64,000 bases of DNA, from contig CAXWPJ010000006.1 of the NCBI GenBank assembly GCA_963664115.2, forward strand, positions 160,001-224,000. The letters are read 5' to 3'. A program made the translations under genes and the position numbers. The DNA is from Terriglobia bacterium (GTDB lineage Bacteria > Acidobacteriota > Terriglobia > 20CM-2-55-15). Under the pieces are notes generated by a model. That model was not told the origin of the DNA and ran no database searches. It saw only the letters and a program-made list of their open reading frames with translations. Every line of letters begins with the position of its first letter. Position 1 is the first letter of the stretch. This document shows positions 45,740 to 56,754 of this stretch, piece by piece.

Positions 45740-46018
45740 ATGAGTGTGAACGTTAAGATACCTACGCCCTTGAGAACATTGACGGCCGGAAAGGCAGTGG
45801 TTTCCGTCGAGGCCGCAACCGTTGAAGAGGCTCTTACCAAACTCAACGATGAATTCGCCGGGCTGGGTGAGAGGATTTTTGATGGGAGCGGACAGATCCG
45901 CCGTTTCATTAACGTATACGTGAACGAAGACAATATTAAGGACAAGAATGACCTGGCCACCGAAATTGGACCGGGAGACACCATCTCAATCCTTCCCTCG
46001 ATCGCCGGTGGCTGCTAG
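45740..46018 (+). CDS. MoaD/ThiS/CysO-type ubiquitin-like sulfur carrier
   Basis: IPTPLR, RRFINVYVNE and C-terminal SIAGGC. Confidence 0.9.
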   Translation: MSVNVKIPTPLRTLTAGKAVVSVEAATVEEALTKLNDEFAGLGERIFDGSGQIRRFINVYVNEDNIKDKNDLATEIGPGDTISILPSIAGGC

Positions 46019-46101
46019 AGCCCTCTGTTCGCCGGTACTTCTACCTCATCGAATCTGACCCATGACGTGTGGGCAGAGGGCCCCTGTTCCTTGAGTTGAG
46101 T

Positions 46102-47454
46102 ATGCCCAAGCCTTCCGAAATCGCTACCCCGGACAAGCCTGTCATACCTCTTGTAGCTGTTGTCGGCCGCCCCAACGTTGGAAAGTCGACGATATTTAAT
46201 CGGCTGATCGGCCGCCGCCGGTCAATCGTTTCCGATGAGCCGGGCATGACTCGGGATCGAATCTACGGTTCGCTCGATTGGAACGGAGTGTCTTTCGAGG
46301 TCGTCGATACCGGAGGCATCGTTGGAGGCGAAGAGTCCGAAATTCCGCAGAAAATTTTCGAACAGGCGCAAGTAGCGATCGAAGCAGCGTCTCTTTTGCT
46401 GTTTGTCGTCGATGGCCGGGCGGGCCGAACGGGTGCGGACGAAAATCTGGCGGAGCTGCTCCGGAAGGTGGGACGTCCGGTAATGTTGCTCGTCAACAAA
46501 GTGGATTCGGACAAGCAGGAAGCCGATGTTGGGGAGTTTGCTCGCCTTGGCTTTGACAAGACCTTTCCACTGTCCGCCGAACACGGCCGCGGATTTACCG
46601 AGCTCCTGGATGATATTGCCGGAATTTTGCCCAAGACGCCCGAAGCTCCGGAAGAAATCGGTGAGATCCGCATTGCGATCATTGGACGTCCGAACGCGGG
46701 GAAATCGACTTTGCTGAACGCACTTGTTGAGGAAGAGCGGGCCATGGTGTCTCCCATCGCAGGAACCACGCGGGACGCGATCGATAGTGTCATCGAGAAG
46801 GATGGTCAGATATTCAGGTTTGTCGATACCGCGGGAATCCGTCAGCGGTCCCGTACCCGACAGACTGCAGATCGATTGAGCATCATCATGGCCCGGAAGC
46901 ATCTGGAGTTGAGCGACGTCGCCATTCTTCTCGTCGACGGCATTGAGCCCCTTGCCGCGATCGACGCGACTATCGGGGGATACGCGCACGAGTCCGGCCG
47001 CAGTGTGATCATTGCCGTAAACAAATGGGACGTCGTGGAGAAAAATGCGTCTATCACCGCCGATTTTGAACGTAAGATTCGGGAGAGATTCAAGTTTCTG
47101 GACTATGCGCCCATCGTTTTCGTTTCAGCAAAGACGGGCCAACGTGTCGGACGTTTCTACGGGCTCATAACTGAAATATTCGAACAGCGCCGACGGCGGA
47201 TTCCAACCGCAGAACTGAATCAGTTTTTGAAAGAAGTGAAGCTCGAACGCGGAGGATTGCCATCGGAAGTCAAAGTCCGTTATATTTCTCAGGTTCGGAC
47301 AGCTCCGCCGACTTTCGCGGTTTTTGCGAATACCTCACACAAATTACACTTCTCATTCGAGCGTTTTCTCATAAATCGTATCCGTGATCGATTCGCATTC
47401 CGGGGAACCCCGATTATAATTAAGCAACGCGGGAGCAGAAGGAGTGGCGCTTGA
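46102..47454 (+). CDS. der: Ribosome biogenesis GTPase Der
   Basis: Tandem G domains [16 protein letters not shown] and [16 protein letters not shown], then a KH-like C-terminus. Confidence 0.95.
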   Translation: MPKPSEIATPDKPVIPLVAVVGRPNVGKSTIFNRLIGRRRSIVSDEPGMTRDRIYGSLDWNGVSFEVVDTGGIVGGEESEIPQKIFEQAQVAIEAASLLLFVVDGRAGRTGADENLAELLRKVGRPVMLLVNKVDSDKQEADVGEFARLGFDKTFPLSAEHGRGFTELLDDIAGILPKTPEAPEEIGEIRIAIIGRPNAGKSTLLNALVEEERAMVSPIAGTTRDAIDSVIEKDGQIFRFVDTAGIRQRSRTRQTADRLSIIMARKHLELSDVAILLVDGIEPLAAIDATIGGYAHESGRSVIIAVNKWDVVEKNASITADFERKIRERFKFLDYAPIVFVSAKTGQRVGRFYGLITEIFEQRRRRIPTAELNQFLKEVKLERGGLPSEVKVRYISQVRTAPPTFAVFANTSHKLHFSFERFLINRIRDRFAFRGTPIIIKQRGSRRSGA

Positions 47455-47792
47455 GCAAGCCTGAAATTCCGGACAAGCTGTATTTCAAGATTGGCGAGGT
47501 CGCCGACATTGTCGGTGTTGAGGCCTACGTATTGCGTTTTTGGGAATCCGAGTTTCCCGCACTCTCACCGAAAAAAGCGGATTCTGGTCACCGTGTATAT
47601 CGGAAGAAGGACGTTCAGACCGTTGTGGCGATCAAGGAACTCCTCTACGAGAAAGGTTATACGATTGCCGGCGCCCGCAAACGGTTGCGGTCACGGAACA
47701 GTGAGCCCGCGGAGGCACTACCCGAAGACGCCCTCCGAGAGGTGAGTCAGGGGCTCGAAGACATCTTGACATTGCTCGACGGCAAAACTTAA
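47451..47792 (+). CDS. MerR-family HTH regulator
   Basis: [12 protein letters not shown]...[10 protein letters not shown]...GYTIAGAR. Confidence 0.9.
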   Translation: MSKPEIPDKLYFKIGEVADIVGVEAYVLRFWESEFPALSPKKADSGHRVYRKKDVQTVVAIKELLYEKGYTIAGARKRLRSRNSEPAEALPEDALREVSQGLEDILTLLDGKT

Positions 47793-47802
47793 TGTAGCCG
47801 AA

Positions 47803-47876
47803 CGGGACGTGGCGCAGCTTGGTAGCGCGCACCCTTGGGGTGGGTGAGGTCGGAGGTTCAAATCCTCTCGTCCCGA
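47803..47876 (+). tRNA. tRNA-Pro(GGG)
   Basis: Acceptor stem CGGGACG/CGTCCCG, anticodon arm CACCC-TTGGGGT-GGGTG, T-arm GGTTCAAATCC; CCA not encoded. Confidence 0.95.
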
Positions 47877-47944
47877 TTATCCCTTCAGTATCCGATTCCT
47901 TCCGGTTCGACGTCTTTCGGTTCGACCGAATTCGTGCCGACTTT

Positions 47945-48727
47945 ATGGCTAAACGCATCCTCATTACGAATGACGACGGCATTGCTTCACCTGCGCTGGG
48001 TGAACTGGAACGTGCGTTGGGAAATCTGGGGCGTACGACGGTCGTGGCACCGGAGCGCGAAAGGAGCGCGACGAGTCACTCAATCACGCTCAACCGCCCG
48101 CTCAGGTATCACAGGCACGGCGGCGACCGGTTTGCCGTTGACGGAACACCTGCAGACTGCGTGATTCTGGCCTGCCTCCGGATCCTTAAGTCGGATCCCG
48201 ACCTCCTTGTTTCAGGAATCAACCGCGGAATGAACGTGGGCGATGGCGTGCTTTATTCGGGAACGCTTGCGGCCGCGTTTGAGGGTGCTCTGCAGGGAAT
48301 TCCTTCAATTGCCGTGTCGCTCGAGTACAGCGATGATATCGATTACGCGGCAACTGCGGACTATACCGCCGTTCTTGCGCACAAGGTTCTCGACGAGGGT
48401 TTGCCCCCGGGTGTCATCCTGAACCTGAACGTGCCCACCCGATGGAATGGTGGAGTGGTCCTGACCCGGCAGGGCGAAAAGGTGGGGAAGACCGTGCTCG
48501 TCGAACATGTGGACCCTTGAGGCGAAGAGTACTTCTGGTTGCACGAGGAATTACACGATCACTCCGATATCGAGGCCGAGGATTTCCCCTCAGACATCGA
48601 CGTCATGGCTGAAGGGTATGCATCTCTGACGCCACTACAGCTGGATCGGACCGCATTTCGATACTTCAAGCCCTTATCGACGTGGACGGACATTGTTGGT
48701 GCGGCGACGTTCAAGCCGAAGAGCTGA
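47945..48727 (+). pseudogene. surE: 5'/3'-nucleotidase SurE with an in-frame TGA at 48518-48520
   Basis: ILITNDDG, GTPADCV, SGINRG and YSGT. The frame reads DP*GEEYFW where SurE has DPRG..Y.W, then continues to SLTPLQLD. Confidence 0.88.
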
Positions 48728-48772
48728 ATCACATGGAAGGGGAAACCCCTATGCTAAAATGAACTGTTTTTG

Positions 48773-48846
48773 CGGGACGTGGCTCAGTCTGGTAGAGCAC
48801 CCGGTTCGGGGCCGGGGGGTCGGAGGTTCAAATCCTCTCGTCCCGA
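48773..48846 (+). tRNA. tRNA-Pro(CGG)
   Basis: Acceptor stem CGGGACG/CGTCCCG, anticodon arm CCCGG-TTCGGGG-CCGGG, T-arm GGTTCAAATCC. Confidence 0.95.
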
Positions 48847-48860
48847 CTTTTAGAATTAAT

Positions 48861-49654
48861 GGTTCTGTCAAGTTGATCGTCAAAGCCCGAGAAGGAGGCC
48901 GGTCCTTATCGGTCGGTCAACCTACCGTAACCGAATTCCAGGTCGCAAAAGAACGTTCTCGGAGCATCCTATGGCGCGCCGCTTTCAGCCGGTGCCGAGA
49001 GAGTCGGAAAAGATTCAGAATGAGACCGTGAACAGAGAGGAATCGCTGACTCTGCGCTGGCGACTTGAACCTTCTCATCTGCCGTTCTCGTTGTCTGGTC
49101 GGTTGGTGTGAGACTTCCGCTCGATTGTTCGCGTACTGGCCGGTATCATGGTTGACTGAAGGCATGATCGTCCGGATCGCCGCGCCATAACTCTTTAACT
49201 TGTCTGTAACGAGGCGAAACGGAACCTTCTCCTGGCCCTTCAAGAGCTTGAGAAAGAAGCGTTCCGCCGCGCGTCGGTTACGCCGGGATTGGACGAGGAT
49301 ATCGATCAGATCTCCGTCTTGATCGACCGCACGCCAGAGATATTGCCGCTTGCCGTTGATCGTGATGAACACTTCGTCCAGGAACCACGTGTCGCCGAGA
49401 CGGCCTTGTCGTCGCTTCAGTTTCCGTGCGTATTCCGGACCGAACTTCAGACACCATTGCCGGATAGTTTCGTAGGTCACGATGATCCCGCGTTTCGCGA
49501 GGAGATCTTCTACATCGCGAAAGCTCATGCAAAACCGATAGTAATGCCAGACCGCGTGGCTAATGATTTCGGGCGGGAATCGGTGTCCATGATAGGGGGA
49601 TCGAGAGCATTTCATGGGTTCAGTCTGCCATCGGCAGGCCAACTTGACAATTCC
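48861..49654 (-). mobile_element. IS6-family insertion sequence
   Basis: IRs ggttctgtcaagttg / caacttgacaattcc; 794 bp; no flanking direct repeat. Confidence 0.88.
48917..49615 (-). CDS. IS6-family transposase
   Basis: HRFPPEII, SFRDVEDLL, WFLDEVF, YLWRAVDQDG, VTDKL and NNRAEVSHQP; start set at ATG 49615, inside the IR-defined element. Confidence 0.92.
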   Translation of the reverse strand: MKCSRSPYHGHRFPPEIISHAVWHYYRFCMSFRDVEDLLAKRGIIVTYETIRQWCLKFGPEYARKLKRRQGRLGDTWFLDEVFITINGKRQYLWRAVDQDGDLIDILVQSRRNRRAAERFFLKLLKGQEKVPFRLVTDKLKSYGAAIRTIMPSVNHDTGQYANNRAEVSHQPTRQRERQMRRFKSPAQSQRFLSVHGLILNLFRLSRHRLKAARHRMLRERSFATWNSVTVG

Positions 49655-50167
49655 GTACGGAGGGATCCGAGGTCTCAGCTTGATGAGATTAACTGTTGAT
49701 CTCACGGGAGGGCGTACCAGTTCAATATGTTTCCGACAGTATTGACAGCTCAAACGGTCGATGCAACAAGCGTCAATTTGCTCTGCTGGAGTTTCGAACT
49801 CCAAGGTCTTGGGTGACCGTTCCTTTAACTGAGGTGTCGCCTCTAACTCGAGCAAACGGGATTTCTAAATATTCCCGAAGATCCTGCTAGGACAAAGACG
49901 AAACACAGAGGATTTGTTCCGCGGTCGGACCCCGCTTCGATGTAGGTCTAGGCCCCGCGCCGGTCGGCGATTGAACCCCCGACTTTCGTGATACCATCTG
50001 TGCGTTTTGATCCGGAGACTTACTTGCTCTGGGGCTGATGCGTTGATGGGAAAGCGTTTACCGGAAACAGAATTCCACTTTCGAATTCCAGGCGACACAG
50101 AGAAGATGTTGGGTTGCAGGGACATTTGCAGGATTGTTTCCGGCGGTAAACCGAAACGGACCGTGAA

Positions 50168-51517
50168 GTGAAGCTTAATGTTTCCGATCTTATCGACAAT
50201 AGCCGTATAGGCACTTTTCAGACACGGCTATTCGTTCTTTGTGCGTTGTGCCTGATCTTTGCGGGTTTCGACGTTCAGGCGATGGGATACGTCGCGCCGG
50301 TTCTCAGTCCGGAGCTGGGCATAGAGAGGGGTCAGATGGGCGCGATTCTGGGCTCAGCTAGCTTCGGAGTATTGCTTGGCTCCCTGCTGTTCACAATGGC
50401 TGGCGATCGCTTCGGACGTCGTCCCATCCTTGTAATCTCAACCATCATCTTTGGGGTCCTGACGATACTGACGGCGCGCGCCACCTCCGTTGGGGACTTG
50501 CTGACGCTCCGTTTCCTGGCTGGTGTGGGCATGGGTTCGATTGTTCCCAACGCGACGGCCCTGATCGGCGAGTACAGCCCGAAGCGTCAGCGGATCACCT
50601 TGATCATGTGCATTACTGCGGGTTTTACCGCTGGAGCCGCTGTAGGCGGTTTTGTTTCGGCTGCGCTGATACCGATGTTCGGTTGGAGATCTGTTTTCTA
50701 TATTGGCGGCATAGCGCCCTTGTGTCTCGCTCTGGCGATGTTTTTCTGGTTGCCCGAGTCCTTGCAATTTTTGGTGCTCCGGGGAAACCGGACCGAACAG
50801 CTTGGCCGATGGCTCAGAGGCGTAGACCCGTCCACGGTGATCACTTCCGAGACGGAATACGTCGTTCGGGAAGAGAAGAAACGCGGCGTGCCGCTCGGAC
50901 ACCTGTTCAGTGAAGGTCGCGGCAAAGTGACGATCCTGTTGTGGATTGTCAATTTCATGAACCTGTTGAATCTGTTCTTCCTGGCGGGTTGGTTGCCGAC
51001 CGTACTCAGCGAAGCGGGCCACTCCACCCAGACTGCAGTCCTGGTGGGGACACTATTGCAGGTCGGCGGGGTGATCGGGACGTTCGGTTTGGCATGGTTG
51101 ATCGCGAAGACCAATTTCATTCCGATTCTGATCGGCACATTCGCCCTCGCCACGCTGAGCATAGCCTTGATCGGCACACAGTCGGTTTTGTTGGTTGTGC
51201 CGCTTTTGACTGTTGTTGTTTTCGTCTCGGGCTGGTGTGTGGTCGGTGGACAACCAGCTCTGAACGCAATGGCCGCGACATTCTATCCGACTTACATGCG
51301 GTCAACCGGCGTTGGCTGGTGTCTGGGAATCGGACGTGTTGGTGCAATCGTAGGTCCGGTAGTCGGCGGTCAGCTCATGGCAATGCAGTGGTCCAGTGAG
51401 CAAATCTTTTTTGCGGCAGCGATGGCGGCCCTGATATCGACTTTTCTCATGTTAATTCTGCGCTGGGTGTTCAAATCGTACCCAACGATTGACATGGTCC
51501 AGAAACCGACGGGCTAG
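50168..51517 (+). CDS. MFS aromatic acid:H+ symporter (PcaK/BenK-like)
   Basis: GFDVQAMGY, GDRFGRRP, WLPESLQFL and FYPTYMRSTGVGW. Confidence 0.88.
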   Translation: MKLNVSDLIDNSRIGTFQTRLFVLCALCLIFAGFDVQAMGYVAPVLSPELGIERGQMGAILGSASFGVLLGSLLFTMAGDRFGRRPILVISTIIFGVLTILTARATSVGDLLTLRFLAGVGMGSIVPNATALIGEYSPKRQRITLIMCITAGFTAGAAVGGFVSAALIPMFGWRSVFYIGGIAPLCLALAMFFWLPESLQFLVLRGNRTEQLGRWLRGVDPSTVITSETEYVVREEKKRGVPLGHLFSEGRGKVTILLWIVNFMNLLNLFFLAGWLPTVLSEAGHSTQTAVLVGTLLQVGGVIGTFGLAWLIAKTNFIPILIGTFALATLSIALIGTQSVLLVVPLLTVVVFVSGWCVVGGQPALNAMAATFYPTYMRSTGVGWCLGIGRVGAIVGPVVGGQLMAMQWSSEQIFFAAAMAALISTFLMLILRWVFKSYPTIDMVQKPTG

Positions 51518-51620
51518 CCTGGGGCTCGACGGTTCAGACCCTCTCCTCTCGATTCGAAGACGGCATTCCCAGGACATTGGCTTCCGCTGTTTCGGGAGAT
51601 GTCTCCATGAAAAACCTGTG

Positions 51621-52229
51621 ATGCGTTACGAATTCGCACAGTATCGTGCGGGCCGCGGACGGTATATCGGCATGGTTCTCGGCCTGATCGGGCTCGGGAC
51701 CGCTCTGGTACCGCTTTACTATCTTGTTGTTGAAGGATTTGTCCATCGCGACTGGTATGTGCCCTACCTGTTCGTAGGTTTTGGCGCTTGTTTTGCTCCC
51801 TTCGGATCGTTCTTTGCCTTTTCGAAAACCGGGTCCGTGATTGATCCTCTCGAGATGAGCGTCGTGACCTGGTCTCGGTTTCTGAGAAGAAAAGAACAGT
51901 CCCATCGACTGGGTGACTATTCGCGGGTGTGTGTAACCAAAGAATACGCCTCGGCCGAGGACGACATTGTGACTTGTTACGTCGTGCGCCTGGAAGGGGA
52001 CCGTGCGGAAGGCTCTCTACGAAATCAATATCAGAATTCGCGCGTACTCGCTCTCGCTCAGACCGTTGCTGGAATGGCCGGCAAGGCCGACCGCTTCAGT
52101 CGATGGGCGTCCATGAACATGGCCACGCTTGCACAGTTTGACAGCCACCAGCTCGCAACGGCGCGACACGAGGCCGCACGGATCGCCAAGCTGATCGACT
52201 ATCCTGTGGTCGAAGATCTCGATGAATGA
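51621..52229 (+). CDS. Hypothetical protein with two N-terminal TM helices
   Basis: Two hydrophobic segments, then a soluble beta-rich region; fills the gap between same-strand genes; start uncertain. Confidence 0.55.
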   Translation: MRYEFAQYRAGRGRYIGMVLGLIGLGTALVPLYYLVVEGFVHRDWYVPYLFVGFGACFAPFGSFFAFSKTGSVIDPLEMSVVTWSRFLRRKEQSHRLGDYSRVCVTKEYASAEDDIVTCYVVRLEGDRAEGSLRNQYQNSRVLALAQTVAGMAGKADRFSRWASMNMATLAQFDSHQLATARHEAARIAKLIDYPVVEDLDE

Positions 52230-52316
52230 CCAGTCAGTAGTCGATCTTTGGATCGGGGCTCGTCTCATCGGACATCTGAATTTCTCTCTGTTATCTTTCT
52301 GGTAGTTATGATTTCT

Positions 52317-53330
52317 ATGGATGATCTGAAGACGCTCTTCGAACAGAGGTTTTCTTCGCCCGTCAAGCGAGTGGAACAGATCGAAGGGGGCCTCGGTGCG
52401 TCGGCCCGGAAAATCGTTCGGCTTGTTTCGGACGGAACAAGCGCGATCGGCGTTTCCTACGATGTGCGTGAAGAGAATGTCGCGTTTGTGGAGTTCTCCA
52501 GGCACTTTCGCACCCACGGCTTGCCGGTCCCGGAAATTTACGCGGAAGATCTGGAAAAGAACGTCTATCTCGAAGAAGATCTGGGAGACACGACGCTATT
52601 CGAGTTCCTGTCCGAGAATCGCGCGGGTGAGGACCTTGCACCCGAAGTGGTTGATGTCTATCACAAGGTCACGGCGATATTGCCGCGTTTTCAGGTTGAG
52701 GCGGGCCGTGATCTTGACTACGGCGTATGCTATCCGCGGGACAGCTTCGATCGCCAGTCCATGACCTGGGACCTGAACTACTTCAAGTATCATTTTCTGA
52801 AGCTCGCCGGCATTGGATTCAACGAGCAGGCGCTGGAAGATGATTTCGACCGCCTTACGGATTTCCTGCTGGAGGCGGATCGAGACTATTTTCTTTACCG
52901 GGACTTCCAATCCCGAAACATCATGATTCGGGATGGGAATCCATTCTTTGTCGACTACCAGGGCGGTCGCAAGGGTGCGTTGCAGTATGACATCGCCTCT
53001 CTTCTCTACGATGCCAAGGCGGATCTGCCCGAGCCTCTCCGCGGACGCTTGCTCGCGGGCTATCTCGATGCGCTTTCCGGTTTCATTGAACTCGACCGCA
53101 GGGCGTTCATGCGCCACTACTACGCCTACGTTTACGTCCGGATCATGCAGGCATTGGGTGCCTACGGTTTCCGCGGCTTTTTCGAGCGTAAGCCTCTTTT
53201 TCTGGAGAGCGTCCCGTATGCCCTCAAGAACATTCGCTGGTTGCTCGACAATGTTGAGCTCCCGATCGATACACCCGCCCTGACAGACACGTTCGAGAAA
53301 ATGTCCACGTCCGAACGATTGAACCCATGA
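52317..53330 (+). CDS. APH-family phosphotransferase, AmgK-like anomeric sugar kinase
   Basis: EEDLGD, YRDFQSRNIM, DYQG, YDIASLL and QALGAYGF; coupled to a nucleotidyltransferase gene. Confidence 0.8.
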   Translation: MDDLKTLFEQRFSSPVKRVEQIEGGLGASARKIVRLVSDGTSAIGVSYDVREENVAFVEFSRHFRTHGLPVPEIYAEDLEKNVYLEEDLGDTTLFEFLSENRAGEDLAPEVVDVYHKVTAILPRFQVEAGRDLDYGVCYPRDSFDRQSMTWDLNYFKYHFLKLAGIGFNEQALEDDFDRLTDFLLEADRDYFLYRDFQSRNIMIRDGNPFFVDYQGGRKGALQYDIASLLYDAKADLPEPLRGRLLAGYLDALSGFIELDRRAFMRHYYAYVYVRIMQALGAYGFRGFFERKPLFLESVPYALKNIRWLLDNVELPIDTPALTDTFEKMSTSERLNP

Positions 53331-54097
53331 CAGCAGCGAAAGCGACGAAAGCGAAGAGAGCAATGATTCTGGCCGCCGGCCTCGGCACCCGGCTGCGGCC
53401 TTTAACGGAGAACCGGCCCAAGGCACTGGTTGAAGTGTCGGGTCGCACCCTGCTCGAGATCGCGCTGGAACGCCTGCGGCAATGCGGAGTCGACGAGGTG
53501 ATTGTCAACGTGCATCACTTCGCGGGGATGATTGCCGATTATCTCGAAGCGAACGAGAATTTTGGCATGCGTGTCGCACTGTCTCGCGAGGAAGTCCTGC
53601 TGGATACTGGGGGTGGCCTCAAAAAAGCGGCGTGGTTTTTTCTCGACGACACGGACCGGCTGGACGAACCGTTTATTCTCCACAACGTGGACATCCTCAG
53701 CACCATTGACCTTGAGCGGGTTGTCCAATTTCACATAGAGAATCAGGCGCTTGCCACGCTGGCTGTTCAGCGTCACGAATCGTCCCGATACCTGCTTTTC
53801 GACGAACACGATGAGCTTTGCGGGTGGAGGTCCGTCGCCGACGGACGAGAAAAGCGTGTTCGATCTGTCGAGCATCCGCAGGCATTCGGTTTCACGGGCA
53901 TCCACGTCGTCTCACCCCGCCTGCTTTCGATGATGACTGAAGAGGGTGCGTTCTCCATAAGAGACACGTATCTGAATCTCGCTTCCCGTAACTGCAGGAT
54001 AGTTGCCTACCGGGCCGACGCATACTCCTGGCAGGATGTCGGGAGTCCGGAAAGTCTGAGAAACGCTTCCAGTGCCTTCAAAGATACGCGCAGCTGA
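53327..54097 (+). CDS. MurU-like sugar-1-phosphate nucleotidyltransferase
   Basis: AMILAAGLGTRLRPLT, PKALV, LLDTGGGL and WQDVGSPE. Confidence 0.85.
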   Translation: MTAAKATKAKRAMILAAGLGTRLRPLTENRPKALVEVSGRTLLEIALERLRQCGVDEVIVNVHHFAGMIADYLEANENFGMRVALSREEVLLDTGGGLKKAAWFFLDDTDRLDEPFILHNVDILSTIDLERVVQFHIENQALATLAVQRHESSRYLLFDEHDELCGWRSVADGREKRVRSVEHPQAFGFTGIHVVSPRLLSMMTEEGAFSIRDTYLNLASRNCRIVAYRADAYSWQDVGSPESLRNASSAFKDTRS

Positions 54098-54217
54098 TGA
54101 CCGGCGTTCTTCAGACGGTAGCGTCCCAGCCTGTAGCAAAAGTCTTGAGGGCCGCCTTACGGCGCAGCAGTTCAGTCTGAGCGTGTCCGCTCACAAAGTA
54201 TCCATCGAAGAATCGTA

Positions 54218-56405
54218 TTAATTACAGTAGTCGCTCATAGACCCGCTCACGCCGTCAGCGGGTGGCAGGCTATTAACGATGGTGGTGTTTGCGGGCGAGA
54301 GAAATTCCAGCCAGCAGATCGCGTAGGGCGCCTGCTCGCCCGGGTGCTCGGCCAGGTAGGTAGCGCCGTTGCTTGCGGCGTTCATCGATCGCAGATCGTA
54401 GATACCCCAGTCGAAAAATACATTTCCGGCCCCCCCCTATTTCTGTGGCGAGGATTTCTCCGGCGCGGACCGTCTGGCCCGGTGCGAGATTCGTGGTTTG
54501 GCTTTGCCCTTCCATAGCCTGAGGCAGCAAGTTGGCAATAGCTTGAAGGCGTGAACTGAGTACACGAAAATGATCAAATCGGTACATGATTCCGCAGGGG
54601 TTCACGAAGTCGAAAAGGTATTGCACAGCACCCCCTTCCAGATACCGTGAAGCGCGAAAGAGTTCGGCGTCGAGCGGAGCGAAGACCTGGACATCGTTGC
54701 CCTGCCCGTTGCCGTCGAAACGGAACCCGCCATGGGCCTTGTAATTTCCGCCACGGGACTGACCTGGGTAAAGAATCGATGTGGCTCCCGATAGTGACAT
54801 CGGGACCGGCAACACCAAGGGGCTTTCGCAATTCGGTGGTGTAGAGGAAGCCGACCAGGAGGTCGGGTTCTTTTGCCAGGTGATATTGTCCGGATTAAAA
54901 GGCGTTAGGGGCAGGTCCAGTGCGGCTCCCGAGTTTGACCAGAACCCGAGAGTGCCGATCATGGCTTGATCGGTGGAACCGCTGAGCTGGATGAACTGCG
55001 TCGTAAAACCGCTCCCATCAACCAGGTGGGGATAGAAGCGATCTTCAGTCACGTCCGCATTCGCTTCGTTGACAAGCGGAGTCGTCGTAATCAGAAACTC
55101 GGTCCGTTCGTTCGTCCGAATCCGCAGGCCGACGACGGCGATTTGTCTGGCTGGGTCCACTGTCGATATACGGAGGACACCCTCAAAAGGGGTTGCCAGT
55201 GCTTCCATCCCTTCGATCTGATTGACGAACAATGCTTGCTGCCCGTTGCCCGCAATCGTCGTTGTGCCGGTCAGTCCGGTCGAGCCGCCGCCTGGGGTCA
55301 GCAGTTCGAAGTTGACGGCGACGCTGTCCCCCGACGGATTCGTGATCGCGATTCCCGTCTGAATGGAACCGGCATCTTCCCCGGTTACTTCCGCAAAAAG
55401 GCGGAATGCTTGGCCTACCGAAGCAGCCGATACTCCGGTTTCGCTCACCGTTGCCGTTCCATTGCGGTAGGAAATTACGGACAGGCCCTCAGGTTTTCCG
55501 GTATTGGCTGAAGGCGACACCCGTACAGAGCCTACCTGGGTGGTGGCGCCTGCGCCGTCGGTCTGGAGCTTCTGAGAGCTGCGGCCCGGTATCGAATAGC
55601 TGAATGTTGAAGCCGTTTGATCGTTGACAGTCAAGGAGAGCGGTTGCGCTGCGACCGATCCGCTCCCCGGTTCGAAGAACTGAACCGTGCCTGCAATCGA
55701 TTCGTCGGTGGGATTGACCAGGATGACTTCGGTGATCCATCCCTCTCCGTCCGCAAAATGCGGGAAGTAAACGATTGCGTCTGTTCTGGTTGTGAGCGGG
55801 CTTACCGGAAGCGTTGTCATCAGAAATTCCGAGCGGCCATTGGTGAGTCCGCGTAGCGCGACCGCAGCCACCGGCACGTTCGAGCTGAAGGTGAAAGTCC
55901 CGCTGATTGGTGATTCTGCGTTGAACGGTTCTTCGTTGAGAAACGCTGCGATGTGACCACCTGCCGGTATGGTTGTTTGGTTTTCTCCAAAGCTGGCGCG
56001 GGTCTCGTCGGAAAAATAATACGTGATGATCGCTTCCTGGGCGTTGGGGTTCGCCATGGCCAGCCCCGTGTTGATCGGCCCGTTCACCTCCGCATAGATG
56101 CGGCCCGACAGAATCGGAGCCGATGCGGGAACGCCAGCCTCGCTGATCAGAACACCGCTTTGCCGGAGTCCGAAGATGGCCACACCGGACGGAGTTGCAT
56201 TTAGAGCATCCGGTTCGATTGCGGCATAGCCTACCGAGACCGATGCGTCGTTTCCGGCCGTCGCTATAGATCCGGCGCCTCCGCCCCCGACGGTGAACGG
56301 CACCGAAGAGGATTGAGCGGCGAGGTCATTTGAGTCGATCCCTTGGAACGTGAATAGAAGTAATCCCGCAAGCCCTGCTCGATATAGATATGCGTATGGT
56401 CTCAA
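54218..56405 (-). CDS. Exported multidomain protein (repeated beta-sandwich units plus an M23-like C-terminal domain), frameshifted at a G8 run
   Basis: Signal peptide; duplicated TG(L/I)A..NP and YFPHFADG/FYPHLVDG units. Removing one G at 54430-54437 gives GNVFFDWGIYDLR...SDYCN* ending at 54218. Confidence 0.7.
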
Positions 56406-56754
56406 GTCAAACGTGCCTCATTACCAGTTGAAGTCCCGGACGTCCTCGATCGCAAGTCAAAAAGGACATCACGGTCCTGTTTTCTGTCAGTTGCAAACTC
56501 GCCCACGACCGGAATATTGATCAGAGCGTAGATAGCTTCGCGAGTTTTCAAGTTTTCATGAATACCTTCAGAGGTCGGACAGGGGTGTCCTGCGCTATGC
56601 TCTGGGCGATGGCTTTTCATGAAGCCCGGGGCGATCGTATTTCTCTTCGTGACGGACACTCGAAGGCCCTTCAAATGGTTTCCGGCGGGGTATGGATCCG
56701 GGCGAAGAGATCAACTGAGATGAAAATAATGACGCGTTCAGGGGTAATCAAACC

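Noticed and set aside
20902-48520. TGA recoding (selenocysteine or an alternative genetic code) to explain two in-frame TGAs
   Set aside because: The SurE position is a conserved Arg, not Cys; no convincing SECIS hairpin follows; many intact genes in the window end in TGA.
47803-48846. Identical 3' ends of the two tRNA-Pro genes as attL/attR of an integrated element
   Set aside because: Both are complete tRNAs with different anticodons, and the enclosed gene is housekeeping surE with no integrase.
49616-49855. 80-aa N-terminal extension of the IS6 transposase in the ORF track
   Set aside because: It extends beyond the element's inverted repeat at 49654; the real start is ATG 49615.
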